The notes: generated from the sequence alone by a model not told the origin. A DNA stretch of 56,781 bases from Candidatus Kaiserbacteria bacterium RIFOXYD1_FULL_47_14 (GCA_001781915.1 MFMU01000003.1:1188-57968), one strand, 5' to 3'. Positions 1 to 7,733 are shown, numbered from the stretch's first letter. Program-made: numbers and translations.

Positions 1-103
1 CATCCTTTTTAATTAACCTATTTGCAAATACGCCACGACCATACTTAGATGTTTTCCTGACTTCGAGGCGTGGATCTATCCATGAAAAACCGCGTTTATT
101 CAT
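1..103 (-). CDS. SET-domain-like protein, N-terminal fragment (continues beyond window)
   Basis: Minus-strand ATG at 101-103. Translation MNKRGFSWIDPRLEVRKTSKYGRGVFANRLIKKD resembles the N-termini of bacterial SET-domain proteins (VRKS..GRGVFA). Only 34 aa are visible. Confidence 0.35.
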   Translation of the reverse strand, partial: MNKRGFSWIDPRLEVRKTSKYGRGVFANRLIKKD

Positions 104-124
104 ACATATATAATACTACAATAA

Positions 125-176
125 GCATAGACATTTACCTGCATTCATACCGCTGATTTTACCACAAACCGGTATT
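125..176. repeat. ~52-bp motif, copy A (shared with 5055..5109)
   Basis: gcataga...tcataccgctgatttta(c/t)cac... has a 17-nt identical core (tcataccgctgatttta) with 5055..5109. It lies next to an HExxH gene in both loci. Confidence 0.6.
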
Positions 177-843
177 AATAATCCTTTGGGCTAGTGAGGT
201 CGTTGAACGCGTCGTATGTTGGTTCAAATCCGTATACCTCTTTGAACAAATCATCAAACTTACCCTTTGTCATGTTTCCACTGGTTTCTTTAATTTTTTG
301 TAGAAGCTCAAGAATTTTCTCCTTGCCGAAGGCGTCGATGAGGACTTTTATTGCAAAAGCGGATTCATCATAAACTTCGGCGCCATCTTTATTGAAAAAC
401 TCAAGGAAGGAAGAAAAGGATTTTGGTTTCTCTTTAAACTGAATATCTCCAGAGACATAACCACTTAACCCTTCATTCAGCCATATGGGAGTACGCACGC
501 CATTTGTACTCGAGTTGAAGAATAGATGACAAAGTTCATGTGCGAGAAGTGCATTATATTCATCGATGGAATATTCCCTCGCAGATTCTGTCTTCATCTT
601 TTCCCTTGAAAGAAGAAATACTTTGCGGCGATCAGACCATCCAACTACCCACGGTTCAGTTTTTTCATTTCGCAGACAATCTATCGTTGTGCGATCTTCA
701 ACAACAAAAACAGAAGGAAGATTATGAATCCAACCGATATTAAAGAAGTTATTGAGTCGCTCCATTGCCGCTTTATATGATTCTTCCAACTCACCTTCAA
801 TTAGCTTGAGAGTTAAGTTAAATAGGTAGGACATAAAATACAT
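175..843 (-). CDS. HExxH zinc-metallopeptidase-like protein (candidate leader peptidase)
   Basis: 222-aa ORF with LAHELCHLFF followed by WLNEGLSGY (gluzincin-like HExxH...E). No signal peptide. TGATATAAT extended -10 just upstream (minus strand, ~850-860). Confidence 0.6.
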   Translation of the reverse strand: MYFMSYLFNLTLKLIEGELEESYKAAMERLNNFFNIGWIHNLPSVFVVEDRTTIDCLRNEKTEPWVVGWSDRRKVFLLSREKMKTESAREYSIDEYNALLAHELCHLFFNSSTNGVRTPIWLNEGLSGYVSGDIQFKEKPKSFSSFLEFFNKDGAEVYDESAFAIKVLIDAFGKEKILELLQKIKETSGNMTKGKFDDLFKEVYGFEPTYDAFNDLTSPKDY

Positions 844-871
844 AAGACATTATATCAAGATTTATAAAAAA

Positions 872-903
872 AGCCCGATGATTAAGATAATAATCACCGG
901 GCT
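872..903 (-). terminator. intrinsic terminator after precursor peptide 1
   Basis: Minus strand AGCCCGGTGATTA-ttatct-TAATCATCGGGCT (13-bp stem, one mismatch) followed by TTTTTTTAT. Confidence 0.6.
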
Positions 904-919
904 CGCACAACAGTCATCT

Positions 920-1084
920 TTAGGTGCTATGACAATGACAGTTGCAACTCGTACCGTCGCAGTTTTGGCACGATTCGCAGTCGCATTGGTCACTCACCAT
1001 GTTTCTATCCTGGTCATGGTAGTGTAGCGACAGGAAACCGTTGCCGGAACCTGACTTCTTTACAGGTGCTTTGTTAGGATCCAA
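920..1084 (-). CDS. Cys-rich RiPP precursor candidate 1 (54 aa from TTG; ORF track gives 920..1117)
   Basis: C-terminus CDCESCQNCDGTSCNCHCHST. AAGGAGGTGA lies 5 nt upstream of TTG(1084), inside the last codons of the rSAM gene. The leader motif NGFLSL matches DGFVSF of peptide 2. Confidence 0.6.
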   Translation of the reverse strand: MDPNKAPVKKSGSGNGFLSLHYHDQDRNMVSDQCDCESCQNCDGTSCNCHCHST

Positions 1085-2429
1085 TTTCTTCACCTCCTTC
1101 CTCCTGTGTGATGGCACCGCCCCTCTTGATTAGAGCCGTGCAGAATCCTTCAACATCCTCAATACCACTCCAATCTATCCTTGGATCATGTGGAACATAT
1201 GTGCATTCCTGATGGAATTGCTCAAGAACACTCAGTCCGGCATGATCAAGGAAGAAACTACCGATACGACCGTTGGTTTCAAGAACAGTGACCGATGCCC
1301 CAAAAGATTCTTTCCGTATCCGATATTTCCTCAACCTGAAGCGATTTCCGTTTCTTTCCTCGCTCAATGGTTTTGTTTGGCTCACTTTCATTTTATGAAT
1401 TCTCATTGCTGCCTCAACACCACCTGCCGTCATGTAAGGATCGGCAGCAGAAAGATCGCCATCGGAATGCATTTTTGATTCCATTCGACAGCCGCCACCG
1501 CACATACTTACCATTTTACAGCTACTGCAAAACTGCGGTACATAGGCGGTGCGTCTCCAATCATCCATGCGTTGCCACACATCGATGATGCTCTCAACTA
1601 AGAGATTTCCATACTGGATATCAAGATGAGAACATGGGCGAACATCTCCGCCACTAGATATTGTACAGGTTGTTACCCCAGCTGGACACCGACGAGATTC
1701 CAGGTCTGAAGCGCCGTCTACGCTCGCCAATGTGCACAATGGATACGGTTCCAGATGCCCACACTTTAGACCAGTTTCTTTGCTCACTGCAACCAATTCA
1801 GTCATGTACTGAATGAACTGCTTTTTAGTGAGAGACATATCAGAAAAGTCAGAGCAATTACCGGGACACCCTACCTTCGTCGCATTGAAGCTTTTCATTC
1901 CGAGAGAAACAACGAGCATAGCAGTGTCCTTGATAACATTCAGATTCATCTGCGATACGACCATGTTTGCGGAAACTCGAATTCCCGCATCTTGCGCAAT
2001 CCCAATACCTGCGAGTGTTCTTTTGAATGCCCCTTTTCGCTGAGCGATAGCATCGTGAACCTCAGCGTTTGGGCCCATCACAGATGTCAGCACACTGTTG
2101 ATGCCGAGATTCTTCAAGGTCATTGCCTTCTGCTTGGTGAGTGTTACAAGATTTGAATTGAGATACGGTTTTATCCCCGACTCATTCGCAAGCTCCAGAC
2201 ACGCAACAAGCACATTGAAGTTTAATAACGGTTCACCACCAGTGAATGTTATTTCGTGAACACCCGCATCTGCAATCATGTGCATGATTTTCCGTCCGTT
2301 TGCCAATGTGAGTGGCACTTCTGTTTTTGATGAAGCGCGCCAGTAGTTGTAACAATGCAGACATTTGTTATTGCATGCAGTTGTCACCTCAAGCTGGCAA
2401 TTAAGCGGTCCTGATAGCGTTCTGTACAT
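1074..2429 (-). CDS. radical SAM/SPASM-domain peptide-modifying enzyme, copy 1
   Basis: N-terminal CNNKCLHC (CxxxCxxC). C-terminal SPASM-type cysteines (CPAGVTTC, RPCSHL, CSSCKMVSMCGGGC). ~100-aa C-terminal extension. Confidence 0.9.
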   Translation of the reverse strand: MYRTLSGPLNCQLEVTTACNNKCLHCYNYWRASSKTEVPLTLANGRKIMHMIADAGVHEITFTGGEPLLNFNVLVACLELANESGIKPYLNSNLVTLTKQKAMTLKNLGINSVLTSVMGPNAEVHDAIAQRKGAFKRTLAGIGIAQDAGIRVSANMVVSQMNLNVIKDTAMLVVSLGMKSFNATKVGCPGNCSDFSDMSLTKKQFIQYMTELVAVSKETGLKCGHLEPYPLCTLASVDGASDLESRRCPAGVTTCTISSGGDVRPCSHLDIQYGNLLVESIIDVWQRMDDWRRTAYVPQFCSSCKMVSMCGGGCRMESKMHSDGDLSAADPYMTAGGVEAAMRIHKMKVSQTKPLSEERNGNRFRLRKYRIRKESFGASVTVLETNGRIGSFFLDHAGLSVLEQFHQECTYVPHDPRIDWSGIEDVEGFCTALIKRGGAITQEEGGEEIGS

Positions 2430-2593
2430 TTCACACCATCCTTTCTATTAGACATTAAAAGATCAAGATATTCGACTCCGAATACCGCCCGTGTGCACTA
2501 TGGCACATCGATGCGAAAAACGCAAATATTTATATCAAAATATATTTCTTTGTTTTGCGTGGATAGGAGTCAAAAAAATAGAAATTATAAAAA

Positions 2594-2615
2594 GCGCCAC
2601 CCTTTCGAGTAGCGC
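2594..2615 (-). terminator. terminator retained from the truncated membrane-protein paralog
   Basis: Minus strand GCGCTAC-tcgaaagg-GTGGCGC + TTTTTAT. The sequence is identical at 7734..7755. Confidence 0.5.
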
Positions 2616-2616
2616 T

Positions 2617-2705
2617 TTATTTCATCAACCAAACCGCCCATTTGTATCCTTGAAACCCAGCCCAGTAAATCCCTAGCCAAACTACTATGCTTATTAGGAC
2701 GGACA
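2617..2705 (-). pseudogene. 3' remnant of a paralog of membrane protein 7757..8284, truncated by IS insertion
   Basis: Nucleotide homology to 7757..7844 (encoding ...WLGIYWAGFQGYKWAVW.MK*) stops abruptly at 2705, where the IS3 terminal TGGACCCC begins. Confidence 0.6.
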
Positions 2706-2763
2706 TGGACCCCAAAATTTGCATACCAACCTTGTATGATTAACCGCGCTAACATACAAGCAT

Positions 2764-3018
2764 ATGAAAAAGCACCGTACCGCTCCCGATGTGAAGGAGC
2801 AGATTATCAACCGCATTAAAAACGATGGCATTTCTGTTGTTGATGCAGCCAAGGACCATGGCATCTCCGAGAACACCATCTATGGCTGGATTGCCAAGAA
2901 GACCGATGGACAGCCGACTCTCTCAGAGATCATCAAACTGAAGCGAGAGAACGCACAGTTGTTTCAGTTGGTCGGCGAGATGACGCTCAAGCTGTCTGAC
3001 ACCCAAAAAAAGAAGTGA
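2764..3018 (+). CDS. IS3-family transposase OrfA (HTH + leucine-zipper-like)
   Basis: 84 aa. HTH segment ISVVDAAKDHGISENTIYGW. Ends at the slippery run. Confidence 0.85.
   Translation: MKKHRTAPDVKEQIINRIKNDGISVVDAAKDHGISENTIYGWIAKKTDGQPTLSEIIKLKRENAQLFQLVGEMTLKLSDTQKKK
3006..3012 (+). promoter_or_regulatory. programmed -1 frameshift heptamer A AAA AAG
   Basis: A_AAA_AAG lies in the orfA frame immediately before the orfA stop, and orfB is open in the -1 frame. This is the canonical IS3 arrangement. Confidence 0.6.
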
Positions 3019-3839
3019 GAGAAGAAACGGCTGTCACCAAAACACTCCTCACCCAAAAGCTCGGTATCTCGCTCCGTTCACTCTGGTACAAACCGAAGAA
3101 GCCAGACAGGGACTGGAAACTCAAATGTCGCATCGAGGAGGTGTTGCGAGAACATCCGTCATACGGATCTCGGAGAATCGCTCTGCATCTGAAAATGAAT
3201 CGGAAGCCGATCAAGCGAGTGATGAACCTGTTCGGCATCAAGGCGTATCGGAGACGAGGCCAGAAGTGGAAGAAAACCAAGAATATCAAGGTGATTTATC
3301 CGAATCTGCTCATGACGGAATGTCCACTGTATGAGAATCACATCTGGGTATCCGACTTCACCCGCCTGCCGTTTCAGGGCAAGGTGGTGTATGTCGCAAC
3401 GGTTGAGGATTTGTTCACTAGAAAGATTGTCGGTCTCTCGGTGTATACCAACCATGCGGTTGGTCTGGTGTTGTCGGCATTCATGAATGCCATTCATGAC
3501 CATGCTCGACCAGTCATCTTCCATTCTGACAACGGCAGTGAATACAATGCCAAGGTATTCATTGAAGCACTCGAGACCGTTGGCGTTATGATCTCTCGCT
3601 CAGCTCCAGGATGCCCGTGGGAGAATGGGTATCAAGAGAGCTTCTATGACAAATTCAAAGTGGATCTTGGTGATCCTGCTAGATTCAAAACGCTCGGCGA
3701 ACTCGTGCTCGCCATCTATCAGACAATCTGGCAGTACAACCACACTAGAATCCACTCGGCATTGAAAATACCGCCTGTGCAATTTGCGCTTCAGGCGGCA
3801 CAGATATATCATTTAGCTAACAAGGAAGGCGTGCAATGA
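3015..3839 (+). CDS. IS3-family transposase OrfB (DDE/rve integrase core)
   Basis: WVSDFT...HSDNGSEY...PWENGYQESF, the typical DDE spacing of rve-type transposases. Confidence 0.85.
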   Translation: MREETAVTKTLLTQKLGISLRSLWYKPKKPDRDWKLKCRIEEVLREHPSYGSRRIALHLKMNRKPIKRVMNLFGIKAYRRRGQKWKKTKNIKVIYPNLLMTECPLYENHIWVSDFTRLPFQGKVVYVATVEDLFTRKIVGLSVYTNHAVGLVLSAFMNAIHDHARPVIFHSDNGSEYNAKVFIEALETVGVMISRSAPGCPWENGYQESFYDKFKVDLGDPARFKTLGELVLAIYQTIWQYNHTRIHSALKIPPVQFALQAAQIYHLANKEGVQ

Positions 3840-3854
3840 AATGGGTCCACGCGC

Positions 3855-4872
3855 ATTCCGTACTCAGTTAGGACACTCGTTAATATGCGATCATGCACAT
3901 CAAAGGAGATCTGACGCGCGCCGAGCGTCTTGAAATCGGCATTTTGTTGTTGGAGAAGGGGTATTCGGGGCGTTCAGTCGCTCGCGCTCTCAATCGCAGC
4001 CCGAACACCATCTCATATGAGATACGGAAGAACAGTACGCTCGGTGCGTATGATCCGCTGAAAGCAGACGCTAAAGCGCGGGTGCGCAAGCACTATCGAA
4101 AATTAGAGTGGTCCAAAATTGAAGCTGATCCAGATCTGAAAAAGTTTGTGGTCAGAAAGCTCAAGAAACACTGGAATCCTGACGAGATAGCCGGATACCT
4201 GAAGCGCACGAAGGCACCGGCGTATGTATCTAAAACTGCCATATACATCTGGTTGTGCACTTCACGCGTGGAAAGATACTGCGAACTCTTGTATTCAAAA
4301 CGAAAACGAGTGAAGAAACAAAAACCAAAAATTAAGAAGACCTTAATCCCAAACCGCATTGGTATTGCAGAGCGTTTCGCAGGTGCCGACAACCGTACGA
4401 GAGGCGGACACTGGGAACGAGATACCATCACCGGGCGCAGAGGAACGACTTGCGGACTTGCCACGGCACAAGAAAGAAAGAGCCGCCTTGTTGTGGCATG
4501 CAAGGTGGAGAGTATGCGATCGATCGAACATCTGGCGGCAGACCGAACGATGTTCGAGGATATGAAAACGCTCTCGGTATCGCGTGACAATGGTATTGAG
4601 AATCGAGAACACGAAGCGCTTGGTATTCCGTCTTTCTTCTGCGATCCATACTCGTCCTGGCAGAAAGGCGGCATCGAAAATGCGAACAAGATGTTGCGTC
4701 GGTACTTCCCGAAAGGCACTGACTTCAGCGAAGTGTCGCAAGGCGAAGTTGATCGGGCTGTTCGCTTGATTAACGAAAAGCCGAGGAGAATCCTCGGCTA
4801 TCGTTCCTCGCTTGCAGAAGCAATGCGATTGGATATTATTAAAAAATCGAGTGTCCTAATTCTGGGGTGAAT
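3855..4872 (+). mobile_element. IS30-family insertion sequence (borders approximate)
   Basis: Perfect 12-bp IR core TTAGGACACTCG (3868..3879) / CGAGTGTCCTAA (4848..4859), with weaker flanking matches. It lies only ~5 bp from the IS3 right end. Confidence 0.7.
3893..4870 (+). CDS. IS30-family transposase
   Basis: N-terminal HTH (RAERLEIGILLEKGYSGRSVARALNRSPNTISYEIRKN). DDE core (WERDTI...SRDNGIEN...SWQKGGIENANKMLRRYFPKG). Confidence 0.85.
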   Translation: MHIKGDLTRAERLEIGILLLEKGYSGRSVARALNRSPNTISYEIRKNSTLGAYDPLKADAKARVRKHYRKLEWSKIEADPDLKKFVVRKLKKHWNPDEIAGYLKRTKAPAYVSKTAIYIWLCTSRVERYCELLYSKRKRVKKQKPKIKKTLIPNRIGIAERFAGADNRTRGGHWERDTITGRRGTTCGLATAQERKSRLVVACKVESMRSIEHLAADRTMFEDMKTLSVSRDNGIENREHEALGIPSFFCDPYSSWQKGGIENANKMLRRYFPKGTDFSEVSQGEVDRAVRLINEKPRRILGYRSSLAEAMRLDIIKKSSVLILG

Positions 4873-5054
4873 TTAGCATTCTTCCGAAGAAGATATCGTA
4901 CTGTATGTGCATGGAAATGCAAGGCGTTGTTGAGTTAACAATATTCAAGAGTGATTACTTCGCCACTCCCTCAATGGCTTTTGGATAATAAATTCATCGG
5001 AAAAAAGGTCAACATTATGAATCGGGCTTGGTTTTACAGAAGCTAAAACTGTGA

Positions 5055-5109
5055 GCATAGATAGTTCCCTACTCTCATACCGCTGATTTTATCACAGAAA
5101 CTGGTGATT
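5055..5109. repeat. ~52-bp motif, copy B (shared with 125..176)
   Basis: Same core tcataccgctgatttta as 125..176. Sits 27 nt upstream of the HExxH gene 5136..6020. Confidence 0.6.
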
Positions 5110-5135
5110 GTGTTATAGTAAGAGACACGGAAGTT

Positions 5136-6020
5136 ATGTATATACCTGATATAAATCTAAAAATTGACTTGGACAAAGAGAGCGATATGTTCGTGAAATT
5201 TCTACACCACGAGAAATTTACGCAGAATAGAGATTCTATTTTACATTGCTATCCCGACTTAAGAATATTGCTAGAAACAGACAATACTGACGAGAGTAAA
5301 ACTATTCGCGCATTTCTTGAAAAAAAATACTCTGAATATAATACCGTTATAAAATCAATAATATCCGATTCCGAAGAAAAGATAGACAAATATGGGAAAA
5401 TTATTTTGGAACAATTATCTTCACTAATGGATTATACTTGGCCGAAGGAACATTCTGGATATTTAGTTATACCTACTATTCTTCCATTTTCCCCGTTTAA
5501 TGAAAACACTCTATATTTTTCAATGGCGAGAAAAATCAAAATGAGCGACAAAAAAGAAGATTTGAATCATGGATTCTTGCCTGTTCTTGCTCACGAAATT
5601 TCCCATTTTATGTTAAGGGATATTTTGGAGCAGGACGGAAAAATAAAATACAGTGATTATGGGTGGACTACTAAACATTTTTTACAGGAAATCCTAGCCC
5701 CTATTCTGATGAACCAAAAGCCACTCAAGAAGATTCTTGACATTGAAGATTATCTAGGGAATCCATATCTAAAACACTTGAATGTTGAAAAGGATTCTGT
5801 TTCAGAAAATATCGTCAATCATTATAATAGGATGTATGCATCCATGAAGTATGACGGCAAAAGATCGTTTGCAGAAATCATAAAAATAATAGCAGGTGAA
5901 TTAGAGAGTGTCAGCACCACGCTAGATGAGAAATTTAAGATGTGGAATACCTATGGGCACAATATTTCCTCAAATGACCTTCTTCTTCAAAAATACAAAA
6001 CTCCTATTCCTATAAAGTAA
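5136..6020 (+). CDS. HExxH-motif protein 2 (putative metallopeptidase)
   Basis: 294-aa AT-rich ORF with LPVLAHEISHFML. Converges on precursor 2. No other family recognised. Confidence 0.5.
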   Translation: MYIPDINLKIDLDKESDMFVKFLHHEKFTQNRDSILHCYPDLRILLETDNTDESKTIRAFLEKKYSEYNTVIKSIISDSEEKIDKYGKIILEQLSSLMDYTWPKEHSGYLVIPTILPFSPFNENTLYFSMARKIKMSDKKEDLNHGFLPVLAHEISHFMLRDILEQDGKIKYSDYGWTTKHFLQEILAPILMNQKPLKKILDIEDYLGNPYLKHLNVEKDSVSENIVNHYNRMYASMKYDGKRSFAEIIKIIAGELESVSTTLDEKFKMWNTYGHNISSNDLLLQKYKTPIPIK

Positions 6021-6021
6021 A

Positions 6022-6045
6022 AGCGCCACGATGAATTGTGGCGCT
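6022..6045. terminator. bidirectional terminator between 5136..6020 and precursor 2
   Basis: AGCGCCAC-gatgaatt-GTGGCGCT. T-tract on the minus strand (TTTTACTTTAT). Confidence 0.55.
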
Positions 6046-6063
6046 CGGCGACGGATATGGTAG

Positions 6064-6201
6064 TCAATTGTTATCGCATTCTTCGCAATTGACATTGCAG
6101 TCATGACAACTGTTATCGCATTCTGATGCAGCGACAAAAGTCCCTGTCTGACTCGCTTCCGCCTGTACGAAGGAAACAAAACCATCATTCGATTTTTGCA
6201 T
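6064..6201 (-). CDS. Cys-rich RiPP precursor candidate 2 (45 aa, not in ORF track)
   Basis: My translation: MQKSNDGFVSFVQAEASQTGTFVAASECDNSCHDCNVNCEECDNN*. AAAGGGGGTGAT Shine-Dalgarno lies 4 nt before the ATG. Sits 43 nt downstream of the rSAM-2 stop, with a terminator after it. Confidence 0.65.
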   Translation of the reverse strand: MQKSNDGFVSFVQAEASQTGTFVAASECDNSCHDCNVNCEECDNN

Positions 6202-6244
6202 AATATCACCCCCTTTCTAGAGAAGAAGTTTAGCATGCAGTTCG

Positions 6245-7546
6245 CTATTTCGCAATAGCGATTCCTCGTCGAACAATACCATCGACAAAACTGTCTGAGT
6301 CAATGGTGCCCCATTGAATCCGTTTGTCTCCTGGTGAATATCGAATTCCTACTTCGAGTTGCTTTAAGAGTTCGAAACCAGCATCGTTCAAGAATGCCCG
6401 AGATTTCCCTGCGAGGACTGTAATCCCGAAAGGTTCACGCCGGTAGCGATAAGATTTTATTTCAAAATCTTTTATCGGTTTTTTGCTAGGCATTTTTTCG
6501 CGGTGCTTTTGAAGCGAAGAGAAACTTCTTTCAGCATCTTCGGGCGAGCTGTAAGGATCCGCACTGGAAAGATCTCCATTGCGCATTTTCGCTTCCATAC
6601 GACAACCACCGCCACACACTTGTGAAAGTGTACAACTCTTACAGATTACTGGTAGAAAAGCTCCATTTCTCCAAGTTTCCATGCGAACCCAGATCTTTTT
6701 CAGGTCTTCCATGAACAAGTTCCCGTATGACTCATCGAGATGAGAACAGGGTCTGACTTCACCGTCACTGGCGATAGTCATCGTGGTCACACCGGCATAG
6801 CATCTCCTGCCAATAAACGAATAGTGATAATCCAGATCACCAATTCCACACAGCGGATATCCCTCAAGGGCATCAATTGCAAGATCGAATTCTTCACCGC
6901 TTTCTCGTAAATCTCGTAGATATTGCCGGAATTCACTTTTGGACAGAGAAAATTGTGAAAAATCGGAGCAATTTCCTGGACATCCAGCCTTAGTGGCTGA
7001 AAACATCTTTACGCCAATAGAGGATACAATTCTTGCTGTTTCCTTGATATTGGAAAGATTCATTTTCGAAACCACCATATTAACTGCGACGCGAATTCCT
7101 TCCTCCTGAGCTATCTGACTGTTTTCCACGACTTTCTTGAATGATCCTTTTGATTGAGCAATCTTGTCGTGTATCTCCGGCAAGGAACCCATTAATGAAG
7201 TCAGGATTTGTTTTACCCCTAGGGAACGCAGTTCACGAGCACGAGTTCTGGTTAATAGAACCAGATTTGAGTTCAGGGAGACACCCAAATTCGCATTTTG
7301 TGCCTCCTTGAGGCAATGGAGTAGAGCATCGTACTTTATCAATGGTTCGCCACCAGTGATTATGATGTCGAACACCTTTGCATCAGCCATCTTCTCTACA
7401 ATTTCGCTAACAGTGGATTTATTGAGGGAAGTGTTGACTCGCTTGAGATCCTTTCGCCAAAAATTGTAACAGTGAGAACAATTATGGTTACAGGAAGTCG
7501 TGAGTTCTACTTGATAGTTTATTGGCGCCGAAAGCGTTTGATACAT
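6245..7546 (-). CDS. radical SAM/SPASM-domain peptide-modifying enzyme, copy 2
   Basis: CNHNCSHC (CxxxCxxC). SPASM cysteines (CYAGVTTM..RPCSHL..CKSCTLSQVCGGGC). Roughly half the residues are identical to copy 1 by eye. Confidence 0.9.
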   Translation of the reverse strand: MYQTLSAPINYQVELTTSCNHNCSHCYNFWRKDLKRVNTSLNKSTVSEIVEKMADAKVFDIIITGGEPLIKYDALLHCLKEAQNANLGVSLNSNLVLLTRTRARELRSLGVKQILTSLMGSLPEIHDKIAQSKGSFKKVVENSQIAQEEGIRVAVNMVVSKMNLSNIKETARIVSSIGVKMFSATKAGCPGNCSDFSQFSLSKSEFRQYLRDLRESGEEFDLAIDALEGYPLCGIGDLDYHYSFIGRRCYAGVTTMTIASDGEVRPCSHLDESYGNLFMEDLKKIWVRMETWRNGAFLPVICKSCTLSQVCGGGCRMEAKMRNGDLSSADPYSSPEDAERSFSSLQKHREKMPSKKPIKDFEIKSYRYRREPFGITVLAGKSRAFLNDAGFELLKQLEVGIRYSPGDKRIQWGTIDSDSFVDGIVRRGIAIAK

Positions 7547-7733
7547 GATACACCTCCTTTCCTATTTGACATTAAAAGATCAAGATATTCGACTTTGAAT
7601 ACCTCCAAGTGGGATTATGGCACATCAATACAAAGAATACAAGTTCTAGCGCAGTACGCCCAACTTGTTTATATCGAAATATATTTCTTCGTTTTGCGCG
7701 GATAGGAATCCCAAAAAATAGAAATTATAAAAA

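Larger units (their letters stand above)
2706..3849 (+). mobile_element. IS3-family insertion sequence
   Basis: Imperfect terminal IRs: TGGACCCCAAAATTTGCA (2706...) versus the reverse complement of ...TGCAATGAAATGGGTCCA (...3849). Two-ORF orfA/orfB layout with a slippery site. Confidence 0.8.

Noticed and set aside
2430-2620. Specific -35/-10 promoter assignment for the rSAM operons
   Set aside because: TATAAA/TGATATAAAT-like boxes are present in the conserved leader. Spacing to any -35 is ambiguous and differs between the two copies, so only the conservation is reported.
4093-4741. Antisense ORFs inside the IS30 transposase gene. Similar antisense ORFs occur inside ppsA, eno, infB, gyrA, ftsZ and the ABC transporter (e.g. 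18274..18774, 19518..20210, 25552..26040, 51054..51635).
   Set aside because: They lie opposite strongly motif-supported genes. Their Ser/Arg/Pro-rich composition is typical of antisense frames in GC-richer genes.
4940-5040. Possible decayed SET-domain gene fragment (minus strand ..SPIHNVDLFSDEFIIQKPLREWRSNHS*)
   Set aside because: The similarity to the SET-like N-terminus at 1..103 is only a loose pattern match over ~15 residues. That is insufficient to call a pseudogene.
5970-6236. 88-aa ORF from the track, downstream of rSAM-2
   Set aside because: It has no SD and a low-complexity, basic sequence, and it runs through the terminator hairpin. A different frame of the same strand holds a 45-aa Cys-rich ORF with a strong SD that is homologous to peptide 1.
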